16,633 nucleotides of DNA, from assembly GCA_964534375.1 (NCBI GenBank), contig CAZHPN010000141.1, positions 1 through 16,633 on the forward strand, given 5' to 3'. Shown one piece after another: positions 1 to 6,980 of the stretch (positions are counted from its first letter, which is position 1; each line of letters opens with the position of its first letter). Position numbers and translations under genes: made by a program. The stretch is from an uncultured bacterium. Its GTDB lineage: Bacteria; Lernaellota; Lernaellaia; Lernaellales; Lernaellaceae. The notes under the pieces were generated by a model. That model was not told where the DNA came from, made no database searches, and saw only the letters and a program-made list of their open reading frames with translations.

Positions 1-138
1 ATCGCTTGCGCCTCCCAAAAGGCCGGCAACTTCTTCATCAGGCGTCCCCCAAAACGAGAAAACGCCCTTCTTACCAGCCTTTGAAGATGCGGACATCTTT
101 AGCTGCTTATACTGCGGACATCTTGAGTGTCTGTTACA
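1..138 (-). mobile_element. Probable IS terminus (TGT-ended, IS1202/IS21/IS481-like); the element extends off the left edge
   Basis: The minus strand from 138 reads TGTAACAGACACTCAAGATGTCCGCAGTATAAGCAGCTAAAGATGTCCGCA. It starts with TGT and has two exact 12-bp repeats (TGCGGACATCTT at 88-99 and 113-124, 25-bp period). GGGAGG-N8-AT runs off the edge at positions 16-1, consistent with an RBS and truncated ATG of a transposase. Confidence 0.6.
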
Positions 139-234
139 CCGGCCCCGCGCCGCGCTGGCCTTTCCCCCCTGATTTTGGTATACAGGCACCGCTTTTTTCT
201 CCGGGAGACCGGATTTACGGGGGGCAGCGAGTAC

Positions 235-798
235 ATGATCATTCCGACGACGCAGATTCGCAAAGGCAACATTCTGGTCCGCAACGGGGACCTTTACCGC
301 GTTTTGAGCATGACCCACCAGACGCCGGGCAACCTGCGCGCCATCATCCGGGTCACGATGAAGAGCCTGTCGACCGGCACGAAAATCGAGGAACGCTTCC
401 GCTCCGCCGACACGGTGGACAAGGCCAGCCTCGACCCGACGACGCTGCAATATCTCTTCAGCGCCGGCGACCGGCACACCTTCATGAACACCGAAACCTA
501 CGAGCAGTTGGAGCTCGACGACGAAACCGTGGGCGACGCGCTGCTCTACATCACGCCCGACGCGACTGTCGTCGCGTTGATGCACGGCGACCGCATCGTC
601 GGCATCGATCTGCCGTCGAAGGTCGATTTGAAGGTCGTCGAAACCGCGCCCTACATCAAGGGCGCGACGGTGGCCAACGCCCCGAAGCCCGCCAAACTCG
701 AAACCGGCCTGAGCGTCAATATCCCGGCCTTCATCGCCGAGGGCGAGGTCGTGCGCATCGACACGACGACCGGCGAATACATCGAACGCGCGAAGTAA
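235..798 (+). CDS. efp: Translation elongation factor P (187 aa), PGNLR-tip type
   Basis: MIIPTTQIRKG start, TGTKIEERFRSAD, LQYLF...FMNTETYEQ, KPAKLETGLSVNIPAFIAEGEVVRIDTTTGEYIER are EF-P signatures. ATG 235 gives the normal EF-P length. Confidence 0.96.
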   Translation: MIIPTTQIRKGNILVRNGDLYRVLSMTHQTPGNLRAIIRVTMKSLSTGTKIEERFRSADTVDKASLDPTTLQYLFSAGDRHTFMNTETYEQLELDDETVGDALLYITPDATVVALMHGDRIVGIDLPSKVDLKVVETAPYIKGATVANAPKPAKLETGLSVNIPAFIAEGEVVRIDTTTGEYIERAK

Positions 799-800
799 AG

Positions 801-825
801 AACGGCCTTTGGGGGCTGTTTTTTT
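801..825 (+). terminator. Intrinsic terminator of efp
   Basis: AACGGCC-tttggg-GGCTGTT stem followed by a T run directly after the efp stop. Confidence 0.7.
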
Positions 826-964
826 ACACGATCAACGGGATCAGTTTCCCGGGGCGCGTTTTTGCACGCAAACAGGCGACCGGCTCTTCATTGTTCACTG
901 TTCATTATTCGTTGTTCACTACCTACGGTTCATTGCCCGTTGATCCTGTTGATCCCGTCAAAAA
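820..964. repeat. MITE-like unit with 24-bp imperfect inverted ends and an internal heptamer array
   Basis: 820-843 TTTTTTACACGATCAACGGGATCA matches the reverse complement of 941-964 (TTTTTGACGGGATCAACAGGATCA) at 20/24. Five heptamers TTCATTG/TTCACTG/TTCATTA/TTCGTTG/TTCACTA lie at 887-921. Confidence 0.6.
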
Positions 965-971
965 GCGCTCA

Positions 972-2447
972 TCAGAAAAAGAAATGCACGCCGTAGGCGA
1001 ACGCCGCAAGCGAGACGGCGACCATCACGCGGGACACCCGGACGACGTGATGCGTGTTCAACGCCAGGAAGAGAAAGAAGAACTGCAGGTAGATGCTGAC
1101 GAAGATTTTGTCCATCACCGTGCCGCCGGAGTTGCCGGGGATAACCCCGCTCGCGGTCAGTTGCAGGGCGACGGCGGCGACGGTCAGCGTCGGCAGCAGC
1201 GAGGTCATCACCGTGCCCAGGTTTTCGCCGGTGGCCATCGTCCGCAAGGTCGCGACGAGGCCGAAGACGACGATCAGCAGCAGCGGCACGAAGGTGCGCC
1301 AGATCGCTGTGCCCAGGCGGCGCGAAAGTTGGAAAACATAGACCAGCGCCGGTTGCGCCAGGCTGTTGGCGTTGTCCTGATACGTGACCGAAGTCAACGT
1401 CGGCGCCTGCCGTGAGAAATAGAAGCCGCGCGGCGCGCGGGCGACGTGGACGTCGAGCGGAGCGTCGCCGAGCGGATACGGCGTCAGAACCAATTGCGAA
1501 GCGTCGTCCCAAGCCGAGATCAGCAGCACCGTGAAGAGCGTCGTGTCGAACGGATAGCGCGCGGTGTCGAAGCGCGCCGGGGCCGTGACCGTCAATTCGG
1601 CGTTGCGCCAAATGACTTTGCTCGACGGGCCGTAGTTGTAGCTGACCTCGCGTTCGTGCAACTCCATCCGTTCGCGCGGGGCCACGCCGAGGCAGAGCGC
1701 GAGGTTCGCCCGCTCTTTTTCGGTGTCGCCGATTTGCGCGTCGGTCCGCTTCCAACGCTCGATCACGGCCGCCGTCTGATCGGGGGGGATCATGCCGTTG
1801 TCGGCCATATATTGCGCGAGTGCCTCGGGGGGCGCGCCGGAATGGATGCCCATATCCAGCCGGATTTCGTCGTGCGCGGCGTCGGGGATGGAAACGTCGT
1901 GGATGGTGAAAAACACCTGGACGCGCAAGGGGGCGGTCACGGTTTCGCCGGCGAGCTGGCGCATGCGTTTGGTGATCGCCATTCCATCCGGCCACTCCAT
2001 GAACTTGAGACCTTCTTCGTCGAGCGTCTGGTTGAGCGCCCACGTCAGTTGCGGCGCGGCGACCACGGCGCCGAGCAGCGCGTCGAAATCGGTCTGGTTG
2101 TCGTCGTGCGTCAGCCGTTCGCGCGCGCCGGCCAACGCCGTCTCCATCGCGGCCGCCTCCGCGCGGACGACCGGATCGTCCGCCGGTCGCCATTCGCCGA
2201 ACGAGCGCCAAAGCACCCGCACGAGAGCTTCACGTTTGGCGATTTCGGGGGCCTGCTCGGGAAGCAACGGAAGAATTTTTTCGGTTTGCGTGCGGGCTTG
2301 CCCGCGCCGGCCTTTCGCCGCGTGGTCGGGCGCGTGGCGGAGTTCGTGCCGCCAAACGAGCCCGCTGACGAGCAAAACTGCCGCCGCCAGCGGCGCCAGC
2401 CAGGCCAAGGGGCGATCTTGCAACGCGGAGCGGATGAAGCTAACCAA
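972..2447 (-). CDS. Pentameric ligand-gated ion channel (Pro-loop/Cys-less, GLIC/ELIC superfamily) homologue with N-terminal extension
   Basis: Beta1-2-like VQVFFTIHDVSIPDAAHDEIRLDMGI; Pro-loop ARFDTARYPFDTT (YPFD at 1545-1556); beta10/pre-M1 YVFQLSRR; M1 with conserved Pro (FVPLLLIVV); M2 ending VIP; T-x-x-D (TVMD) before M3; short M3-M4 loop; M4 at the C-terminus. N-terminal hydrophobic segment. The TTG start is uncertain. Confidence 0.8.
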   Translation of the reverse strand: MVSFIRSALQDRPLAWLAPLAAAVLLVSGLVWRHELRHAPDHAAKGRRGQARTQTEKILPLLPEQAPEIAKREALVRVLWRSFGEWRPADDPVVRAEAAAMETALAGARERLTHDDNQTDFDALLGAVVAAPQLTWALNQTLDEEGLKFMEWPDGMAITKRMRQLAGETVTAPLRVQVFFTIHDVSIPDAAHDEIRLDMGIHSGAPPEALAQYMADNGMIPPDQTAAVIERWKRTDAQIGDTEKERANLALCLGVAPRERMELHEREVSYNYGPSSKVIWRNAELTVTAPARFDTARYPFDTTLFTVLLISAWDDASQLVLTPYPLGDAPLDVHVARAPRGFYFSRQAPTLTSVTYQDNANSLAQPALVYVFQLSRRLGTAIWRTFVPLLLIVVFGLVATLRTMATGENLGTVMTSLLPTLTVAAVALQLTASGVIPGNSGGTVMDKIFVSIYLQFFFLFLALNTHHVVRVSRVMVAVSLAAFAYGVHFFF

Positions 2448-2500
2448 ATTCCCAACCTATACCAAACGTCGATGCCAATAATAACGTACGCACGCGGGCG

Positions 2501-2700
2501 AGAAAAGGAAAAAGGAACAACGAATAATGAACAAGGCAAAAGGAAAAATTACGAAAACGGCGCCCGTCGAAGCGTCGCCGCCGTTCACAAATAGGGGAAA
2601 AGGCCGGAACAAGTGCGAAACCGGCACGTAGGGTCGCCCCGCGGCCTATTTTTTCCTTTTTCCTTTTTCCTTGTTCCTTCTTCCTTGTTCCTTCTTCCCC
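2501..2700. repeat. Inverted pair of heptamer tandem arrays (GAAMAAG)n ... (CTTKTTC)n
   Basis: Left arm ~2501-2549 GAAAAAG GAACAAC GAATAAT GAACAAG GCAAAAG GAAAAAT. Right arm ~2648-2698 is a TTCCTTT/TTCCTTG/TTCCTTC array complementary to it. Confidence 0.75.
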
Positions 2701-2764
2701 GATCCGGGTCAAGAAACTTGCGGCGCTCGCGCCGTTATTCTATTCTGCCGAAGAGAGGTTTGAC

Positions 2765-3166
2765 GTGACCCGAAAGTCGTTGACCTTTGTCGCGCTCCTG
2801 CTGCTCGCCGCGAGTTGGGCCGCGGCGGAGCAATTGCGCGACGTCAAAATCGTCTTCTGCCGGCAGGTCGACGACCGCGAACCCGTTGAGCCCGGGGTCA
2901 AGTTCCCTGCCGACGCCGGCTGGGTCTATTGCCACACCGCCGTCAGCAATGCCGGCGACGCGACGCAAATTTTTCACGATTGGTACTTCGAGGGTTCGCT
3001 GGTAGGCCGGTTCACGCTGCCGGTCGGCCCCTCGCAGAACTGGCGCACCTATTCCGCCCGACCGATCAGTTCGGCCTGGGTCGGCAAGTGGAAGGTCGTG
3101 GTCAAAGGACCGGACGAAAAAGAACTCGCCCACGGGTCGTTCGAGGTCGTGCCGGCGCGCGAGTGA
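2765..3166 (+). CDS. Secreted DUF2914-like Ig-fold protein (133 aa)
   Basis: Signal peptide. VDDREPV, VYCHT, IFHDWYFEG, WRTYSAR and GKWKVVV match the DUF2914 pattern. GTG start with GAGAGG upstream. Confidence 0.8.
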   Translation: MTRKSLTFVALLLLAASWAAAEQLRDVKIVFCRQVDDREPVEPGVKFPADAGWVYCHTAVSNAGDATQIFHDWYFEGSLVGRFTLPVGPSQNWRTYSARPISSAWVGKWKVVVKGPDEKELAHGSFEVVPARE

Positions 3167-3220
3167 GCCGCGCGCCGCGCCGCGCTGGACGCGCCCGCCG
3201 CAACGCGTTATTTGTATCGC

Positions 3221-4045
3221 ATGAAAAACAATTTCGCGCAAAAAGCGTCTCCGAGTTCCGCGGGGCCGGCCTTCGTCGCCGGGGCGACGGGCTACGTCGG
3301 CCGGCACGTCGTCCGCGCGTTGGCGGCGCGCGGCGTCGCAACGGTCGCGCACGTCCGGCCCGATTCGCCGCGGCTGGCCGAGTTCCGCGCGTTGTTCGCC
3401 GCAGACGGCGCCGAAACCGACGCGACGCCGTGGGACGAAACGGCGTTGGCGGCGACCTTCCGGCGGTTGTGCCCGACCATGATCTTTGGACTGCTCGGCA
3501 CGACTCGCGCCCGCATCAAGGCGGCGGCCGACGAGCGCCAGGTCGATTACGAGGCCGTCGACTACGGCCTGACCGCGATGCTTATTCGCGCCGCGAAGGT
3601 GGCCCAGATTGCTCCGCGCTTCGTGTATTTGTCGGCGGTCGGCGTCCGTTCAGACGCGGCGCCGGCCGAACCGCAGGCGGGCGAGAAGGCCGAAGGCAAC
3701 GTCGCCGCGTCGCTGTTTTCGGCGTCGGGACGCAGCGGCTACTACCTGGCGCGGTGGAAGGTCGAGACCGAATTGCGCGCCAGCGGCCTGCCGTTCGTCG
3801 TCGCCCGGCCGTCGTTCATCACCGGCCCCGACCGCGAGGAAAACCGTCCGTTTGAGCACGTCGCCGCCGGCTCGCTCAACGCCGTCGCCGGCCTCGCGGG
3901 CGCGCTCGGCTTCCGCAGTTTCCGCGACCGCTACTTATCCCTGACCGGCGCGCAAGTGGCCGCCGCGCTCGTCGCCCTGGCGCTCGAACCCGGCGTCGTC
4001 GACGGCGTGTTCGAGGCCGACGCGCTGCGAAAATGGGCGCAATAA
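3221..4045 (+). CDS. Atypical SDR / NAD(P)H-binding oxidoreductase (CC3/TIP30-like)
   Basis: AFVAGATGYVG Rossmann motif, LGTTR, YEAVDY, RFVYLSAVG, Y-x-x-x-x-x-K-VE, ARPSFITGPDR. ATG 3221 is preferred over the upstream TTG. Confidence 0.85.
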   Translation: MKNNFAQKASPSSAGPAFVAGATGYVGRHVVRALAARGVATVAHVRPDSPRLAEFRALFAADGAETDATPWDETALAATFRRLCPTMIFGLLGTTRARIKAAADERQVDYEAVDYGLTAMLIRAAKVAQIAPRFVYLSAVGVRSDAAPAEPQAGEKAEGNVAASLFSASGRSGYYLARWKVETELRASGLPFVVARPSFITGPDREENRPFEHVAAGSLNAVAGLAGALGFRSFRDRYLSLTGAQVAAALVALALEPGVVDGVFEADALRKWAQ

Positions 4046-4055
4046 ACCGGCGCTC

Positions 4056-5534
4056 CTACTTTTGATTGAACAGGATCAGCACCTTGCCCCGGCGGGCGGT
4101 CACGGTCGTGTCCCAGGCGAACAGGTCGCAGCGCTTGTCGCCGTTGAGGTCGGCCAGGCGGACGTTCTCCCAGGGCTCGACGGCGGCGCTCATCATTGGC
4201 TCGGCGGCGAACGACATGTTGCCTTGGTTGCGCCACACGGCGAAACCGTCGCCGCGCGACATCAATAAATCGGGCAGGCCGTCGCCGTCGAAGTCGCCGG
4301 AAAAGTTGGGCGGATAGCCCACAAACGTCAGACCGCGTTCGGTGTTGACCTTCATCGTCACCTCGCGCGTCAACGCCGGATTCTTGCCGTAAAAGTCGTC
4401 GCCGCCACGGAATCCCTGCACCTTGACGACCAACGACTGCGTGATGAAGACGCGCGCCAGTTGCATCAGGCCGACTTCGACCAGCGGCACGAGCATTTCT
4501 TTTTTGCCGTCGCCGACGATATCCCAGAAGCGCACGGACGGAATATATCCGGGCACGTCCAGCGCGTACGCCGGGGTCGTTTCGAAGCCACTGGGCCCGC
4601 CGCGATAGATGCGGATGGCGCTGTGGAAATTGGTCAGCGAGCCGCCGACCTTGATCATCGTCAGATCGGGCCAGCCGTCGCCGTTGAGATCTTCGAGGAT
4701 CGTCGTGACGTTCGTGTTGTCGGCCTGGCGCTCGGCGTCGGTGAGGATCGGCAGGAACAGCCGCGTGCCTTTTTCCGGCATGCGGCCGTCGTGCGGCTTG
4801 TAAACCCAGATTTCCTCGCCGACGGTGAGCACGATTTCCGCGCCCTCGGGCGTCGGCGCCGTGAAGACGCGCGGCAGGTAAGCGTAGCTCTCGAGCCGCG
4901 AGCCCGCCTCCTCGGCGGTTTCGTGGTTGACCGCGCGCAGATAACCTTCGGTTTTCATCGTCGCTTTGCCGGCGGACTCGAACTTGCCGCCCTCGCCGCG
5001 GCGGTAAAACGCCAGCGCACCGTAGTCGGGAATCGCCAACTCCACGCCGCCGTCGCCGAACCAGTCGCGCACGAAATGGTCGTAGGCGAGATGGCCCGCG
5101 GCCGAGGGAAACAGCACGCCGGTGCCGCGCGCCGCCAGCGGCTCCCATTCGCCGGCCCTGCCGCGCGCCAGCGTCCGCGCCTGCACGGCGCCCTTGCGCA
5201 GCACGACCAGATCGAGTTGGCCGGCGCCGTGCACGTCGGCCACGTCGAACAGGCAGGAGTCGGCCGGCACATCGACATCCACGTCCGGCGCGGCGCCGTA
5301 GCCGCCCGGCCGCCCGAAAAAGACGGCGATGCGCGGCTTGGCGTTGGGCCGTTCGCCCACGGTGTAGGAAACGACCAGATCCATCAGACCGTCGCCGTCG
5401 ATGTCCTTCGGCACGACGACGTACACCTTGCCCGGAACCTGCACCGTCTGCCGGGCGAAACCGGCCGCGAACGCTGAGCCACTGCCGGCGAACAGGCACA
5501 AAACCGCGAGAACGAAAACGGCGCGTTTCTTCAT
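4056..5534 (-). CDS. Secreted FG-GAP/VCBS repeat protein (integrin-alpha-like beta-propeller), 492 aa
   Basis: Signal peptide MKKRAVFVLAVLCLFAGSGSAFA. Seven DxxGxG-like motifs: DIDGDG, DVHGAG, DWFGDG, DLNGDG, DIVGDG, DFDGDG, DLNGDK. The ORF-track extension to 6185 overlaps the ACT gene and is rejected. Confidence 0.88.
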   Translation of the reverse strand: MKKRAVFVLAVLCLFAGSGSAFAAGFARQTVQVPGKVYVVVPKDIDGDGLMDLVVSYTVGERPNAKPRIAVFFGRPGGYGAAPDVDVDVPADSCLFDVADVHGAGQLDLVVLRKGAVQARTLARGRAGEWEPLAARGTGVLFPSAAGHLAYDHFVRDWFGDGGVELAIPDYGALAFYRRGEGGKFESAGKATMKTEGYLRAVNHETAEEAGSRLESYAYLPRVFTAPTPEGAEIVLTVGEEIWVYKPHDGRMPEKGTRLFLPILTDAERQADNTNVTTILEDLNGDGWPDLTMIKVGGSLTNFHSAIRIYRGGPSGFETTPAYALDVPGYIPSVRFWDIVGDGKKEMLVPLVEVGLMQLARVFITQSLVVKVQGFRGGDDFYGKNPALTREVTMKVNTERGLTFVGYPPNFSGDFDGDGLPDLLMSRGDGFAVWRNQGNMSFAAEPMMSAAVEPWENVRLADLNGDKRCDLFAWDTTVTARRGKVLILFNQK

Positions 5535-5729
5535 CGTCGCCTCAACGTTGGGAATATGAAACCGGCGAAAGTTTAGGGGGCCAGGCGACTTTTTACAACG
5601 CCCGCTTTCGGGCGCCGGGCGTTCGGCCGCCAGCGTTTCGAGGATCGCAAGAATACGGCGACGCGCCGCGACCCGCGAAAATTCGCGAAACGCAAGTAGC
5701 GGTTTTTTTGCGGAATATGCGGGAAAAAC

Positions 5730-5758
5730 TTGACGGCTCGGCGCTTGATTATTATGAA
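5730..5758 (+). promoter_or_regulatory. Possible sigma70 promoter for the ACT gene
   Basis: TTGACG-N17-TATGAA about 40 bp upstream of ATG 5797. Confidence 0.4.
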
Positions 5759-5796
5759 GGAAGCGTGCGTTCACAACTCTTTGAAAGGATTGACTA

Positions 5797-6189
5797 ATGG
5801 CGGAGAAAGTCAAAGTGCTGGAGGTGACGGTTCCGGAAGCGATCGGCGCCGGCGCGCCCGTGTTGCGCGCCCTGGCCGACGCCAAGATTAACATTGTCGC
5901 CTTTTGCGGCTTCACGATGGGCCCGGAAGCGACGCTGACCTTCGTGGTGGAGCCGGGAAAAGAAGCGGCGGCGAAGACCGCGCTGAAAAAGCCCGCCGGC
6001 AAGGTTACCGCGTACGACGCGGTCCTTGTCGCCGCCGGCAACAAGCCCGGCGCCATGGCCGGGCTCACCGAGAAACTCGCCGCCGCGAAGGTGAACATCA
6101 AGTGGGCATACGCGACAACCGCCGGCAAGAACGCCGCGATCGTCTTTGTCGTGGACAGTGCGGCCAAGGCCGTGAAAGCGTTCAAGTAG
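5797..6189 (+). CDS. Tandem ACT-domain protein (130 aa)
   Basis: Two ACT-like units: VLRALADAKINIVAF and NKPGAMAGLTEKLAAAKVNIKWAYA. AAGGA RBS. Confidence 0.85.
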   Translation: MAEKVKVLEVTVPEAIGAGAPVLRALADAKINIVAFCGFTMGPEATLTFVVEPGKEAAAKTALKKPAGKVTAYDAVLVAAGNKPGAMAGLTEKLAAAKVNIKWAYATTAGKNAAIVFVVDSAAKAVKAFK

Positions 6190-6201
6190 CGCGAAACAGG
6201 G

Positions 6202-6240
6202 GCCGGGAAGCGCGGCGCGAGATGGCGCTTCCCGGTTTCA
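6202..6240 (+). terminator. Hairpin after the ACT gene, possible terminator
   Basis: GCCGGGAAGCGC ... GCGCTTCCCGGT 12-bp stem with only a short T tail. Confidence 0.45.
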
Positions 6241-6253
6241 TCCCGGCCGTTTG

Positions 6254-6284
6254 AAAAAAAAAGGCGAGGGACATCGCCCTCGCC
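6254..6284 (-). terminator. Intrinsic terminator of hsp20
   Basis: Minus strand GGCGAGGG-cgatgt-CCCTCGCC followed by T9. Confidence 0.85.
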
Positions 6285-6313
6285 GGCATCTCTGGGAAGC
6301 GCACAGTTGTTCG

Positions 6314-6757
6314 TTAGTTGACCTTCACCTCGATAGCTTTGGGTTTGGTCTCCTCGCGGCGTGGCAGGGTCACCGTAAGGATGCCCTTGTCCATCCGCGC
6401 CTGGACCTTCCCCGGGTCGATCGTGTTCGGCAAAGTGAACGAGCGATTGAAGCTGCCGTAGAACTGCTCGATTCGCGAATAGTTGTCGCGCTTGTCTTCG
6501 TGCTCGAGTTTTCGCTCGCCCGAGATCGTCAGCGTGTTGTTCTCCAGGTTCACCTTGATTTCCTGTTGGTCCATCCCCGGGAGGGCCATCGTCAGGACGT
6601 ATTCGTCCTTGCCTTCCAGGATGTCCACCGCGGGAGTCCAGTCGCCGGCCAGCGTATCGCCGTCGCCGCCGCGGCCCCAGAAGTCGCTGAACAACCGGTT
6701 CACTTCGTGTTGCAACGCGCCCACCTCATGATAGGGTCTCCACCGAATGATTGCCAT
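6314..6757 (-). CDS. Small heat shock protein, Hsp20/alpha-crystallin family (147 aa)
   Basis: WTPAVDI, LPGM, LTISGERK, YGSFNRSFTLP, GILTVTLP and C-terminal IEV (IXI/V) motif. AAGGAGG RBS. Confidence 0.96.
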   Translation of the reverse strand: MAIIRWRPYHEVGALQHEVNRLFSDFWGRGGDGDTLAGDWTPAVDILEGKDEYVLTMALPGMDQQEIKVNLENNTLTISGERKLEHEDKRDNYSRIEQFYGSFNRSFTLPNTIDPGKVQARMDKGILTVTLPRREETKPKAIEVKVN

Positions 6758-6887
6758 TTTCGTTCCTCCTTGCGTTTGCGGGTTCTTGTCGCCCCAAACT
6801 TTTTTGGTCCGTTGAGGCCCGCCGGGGATCGAGTCGCTTTCCGCACCGCCTCGCCGCCCCTCGGCGGCCTCGCTTATTCATGGCGAG

Positions 6888-6950
6888 AAAATAAGGCGGC
6901 CTATTTCGTTGTCAACATTTATTGACAAAAAAATTTCTTGGCGCTACTTT
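6888..6950. promoter_or_regulatory. Back-to-back sigma70-type promoters for hsp20 and for the 6981 gene/clpB
   Basis: Plus strand: TTGACA (6922-6927)-N17-TACTTT (6945-6950). Minus strand: TTGACA (6915-6910)-N16-TATTTT (6893-6888). Confidence 0.7.
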
Positions 6951-6967
6951 GACAACGTTGGCAAAGT
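6946..6967. promoter_or_regulatory. 22-bp near-perfect palindrome, candidate operator
   Basis: ACTTTGACAAC|GTTGGCAAAGT (one mismatch) overlaps the predicted -10 and start site of the rightward promoter. Confidence 0.6.
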
Positions 6968-6980
6968 TCACGGAGGCGCC

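Noticed and set aside
88..124. 12-bp direct repeats as a CRISPR remnant
   Set aside because: Repeat and 13-bp spacer are too short, there are only two copies and no cas genes; an IS end explains them better.
6..1415. 469-aa plus-strand ORF, and the 127 start for efp
   Set aside because: Arg/Gly-rich off-frame shadow of efp and antisense to the channel gene; the 127 extension runs into the IS end and is not part of EF-P.
5535..6185. N-terminal extension of the FG-GAP ORF to 709 aa
   Set aside because: Antisense to the ACT gene; a clear signal peptide begins at ATG 5534.
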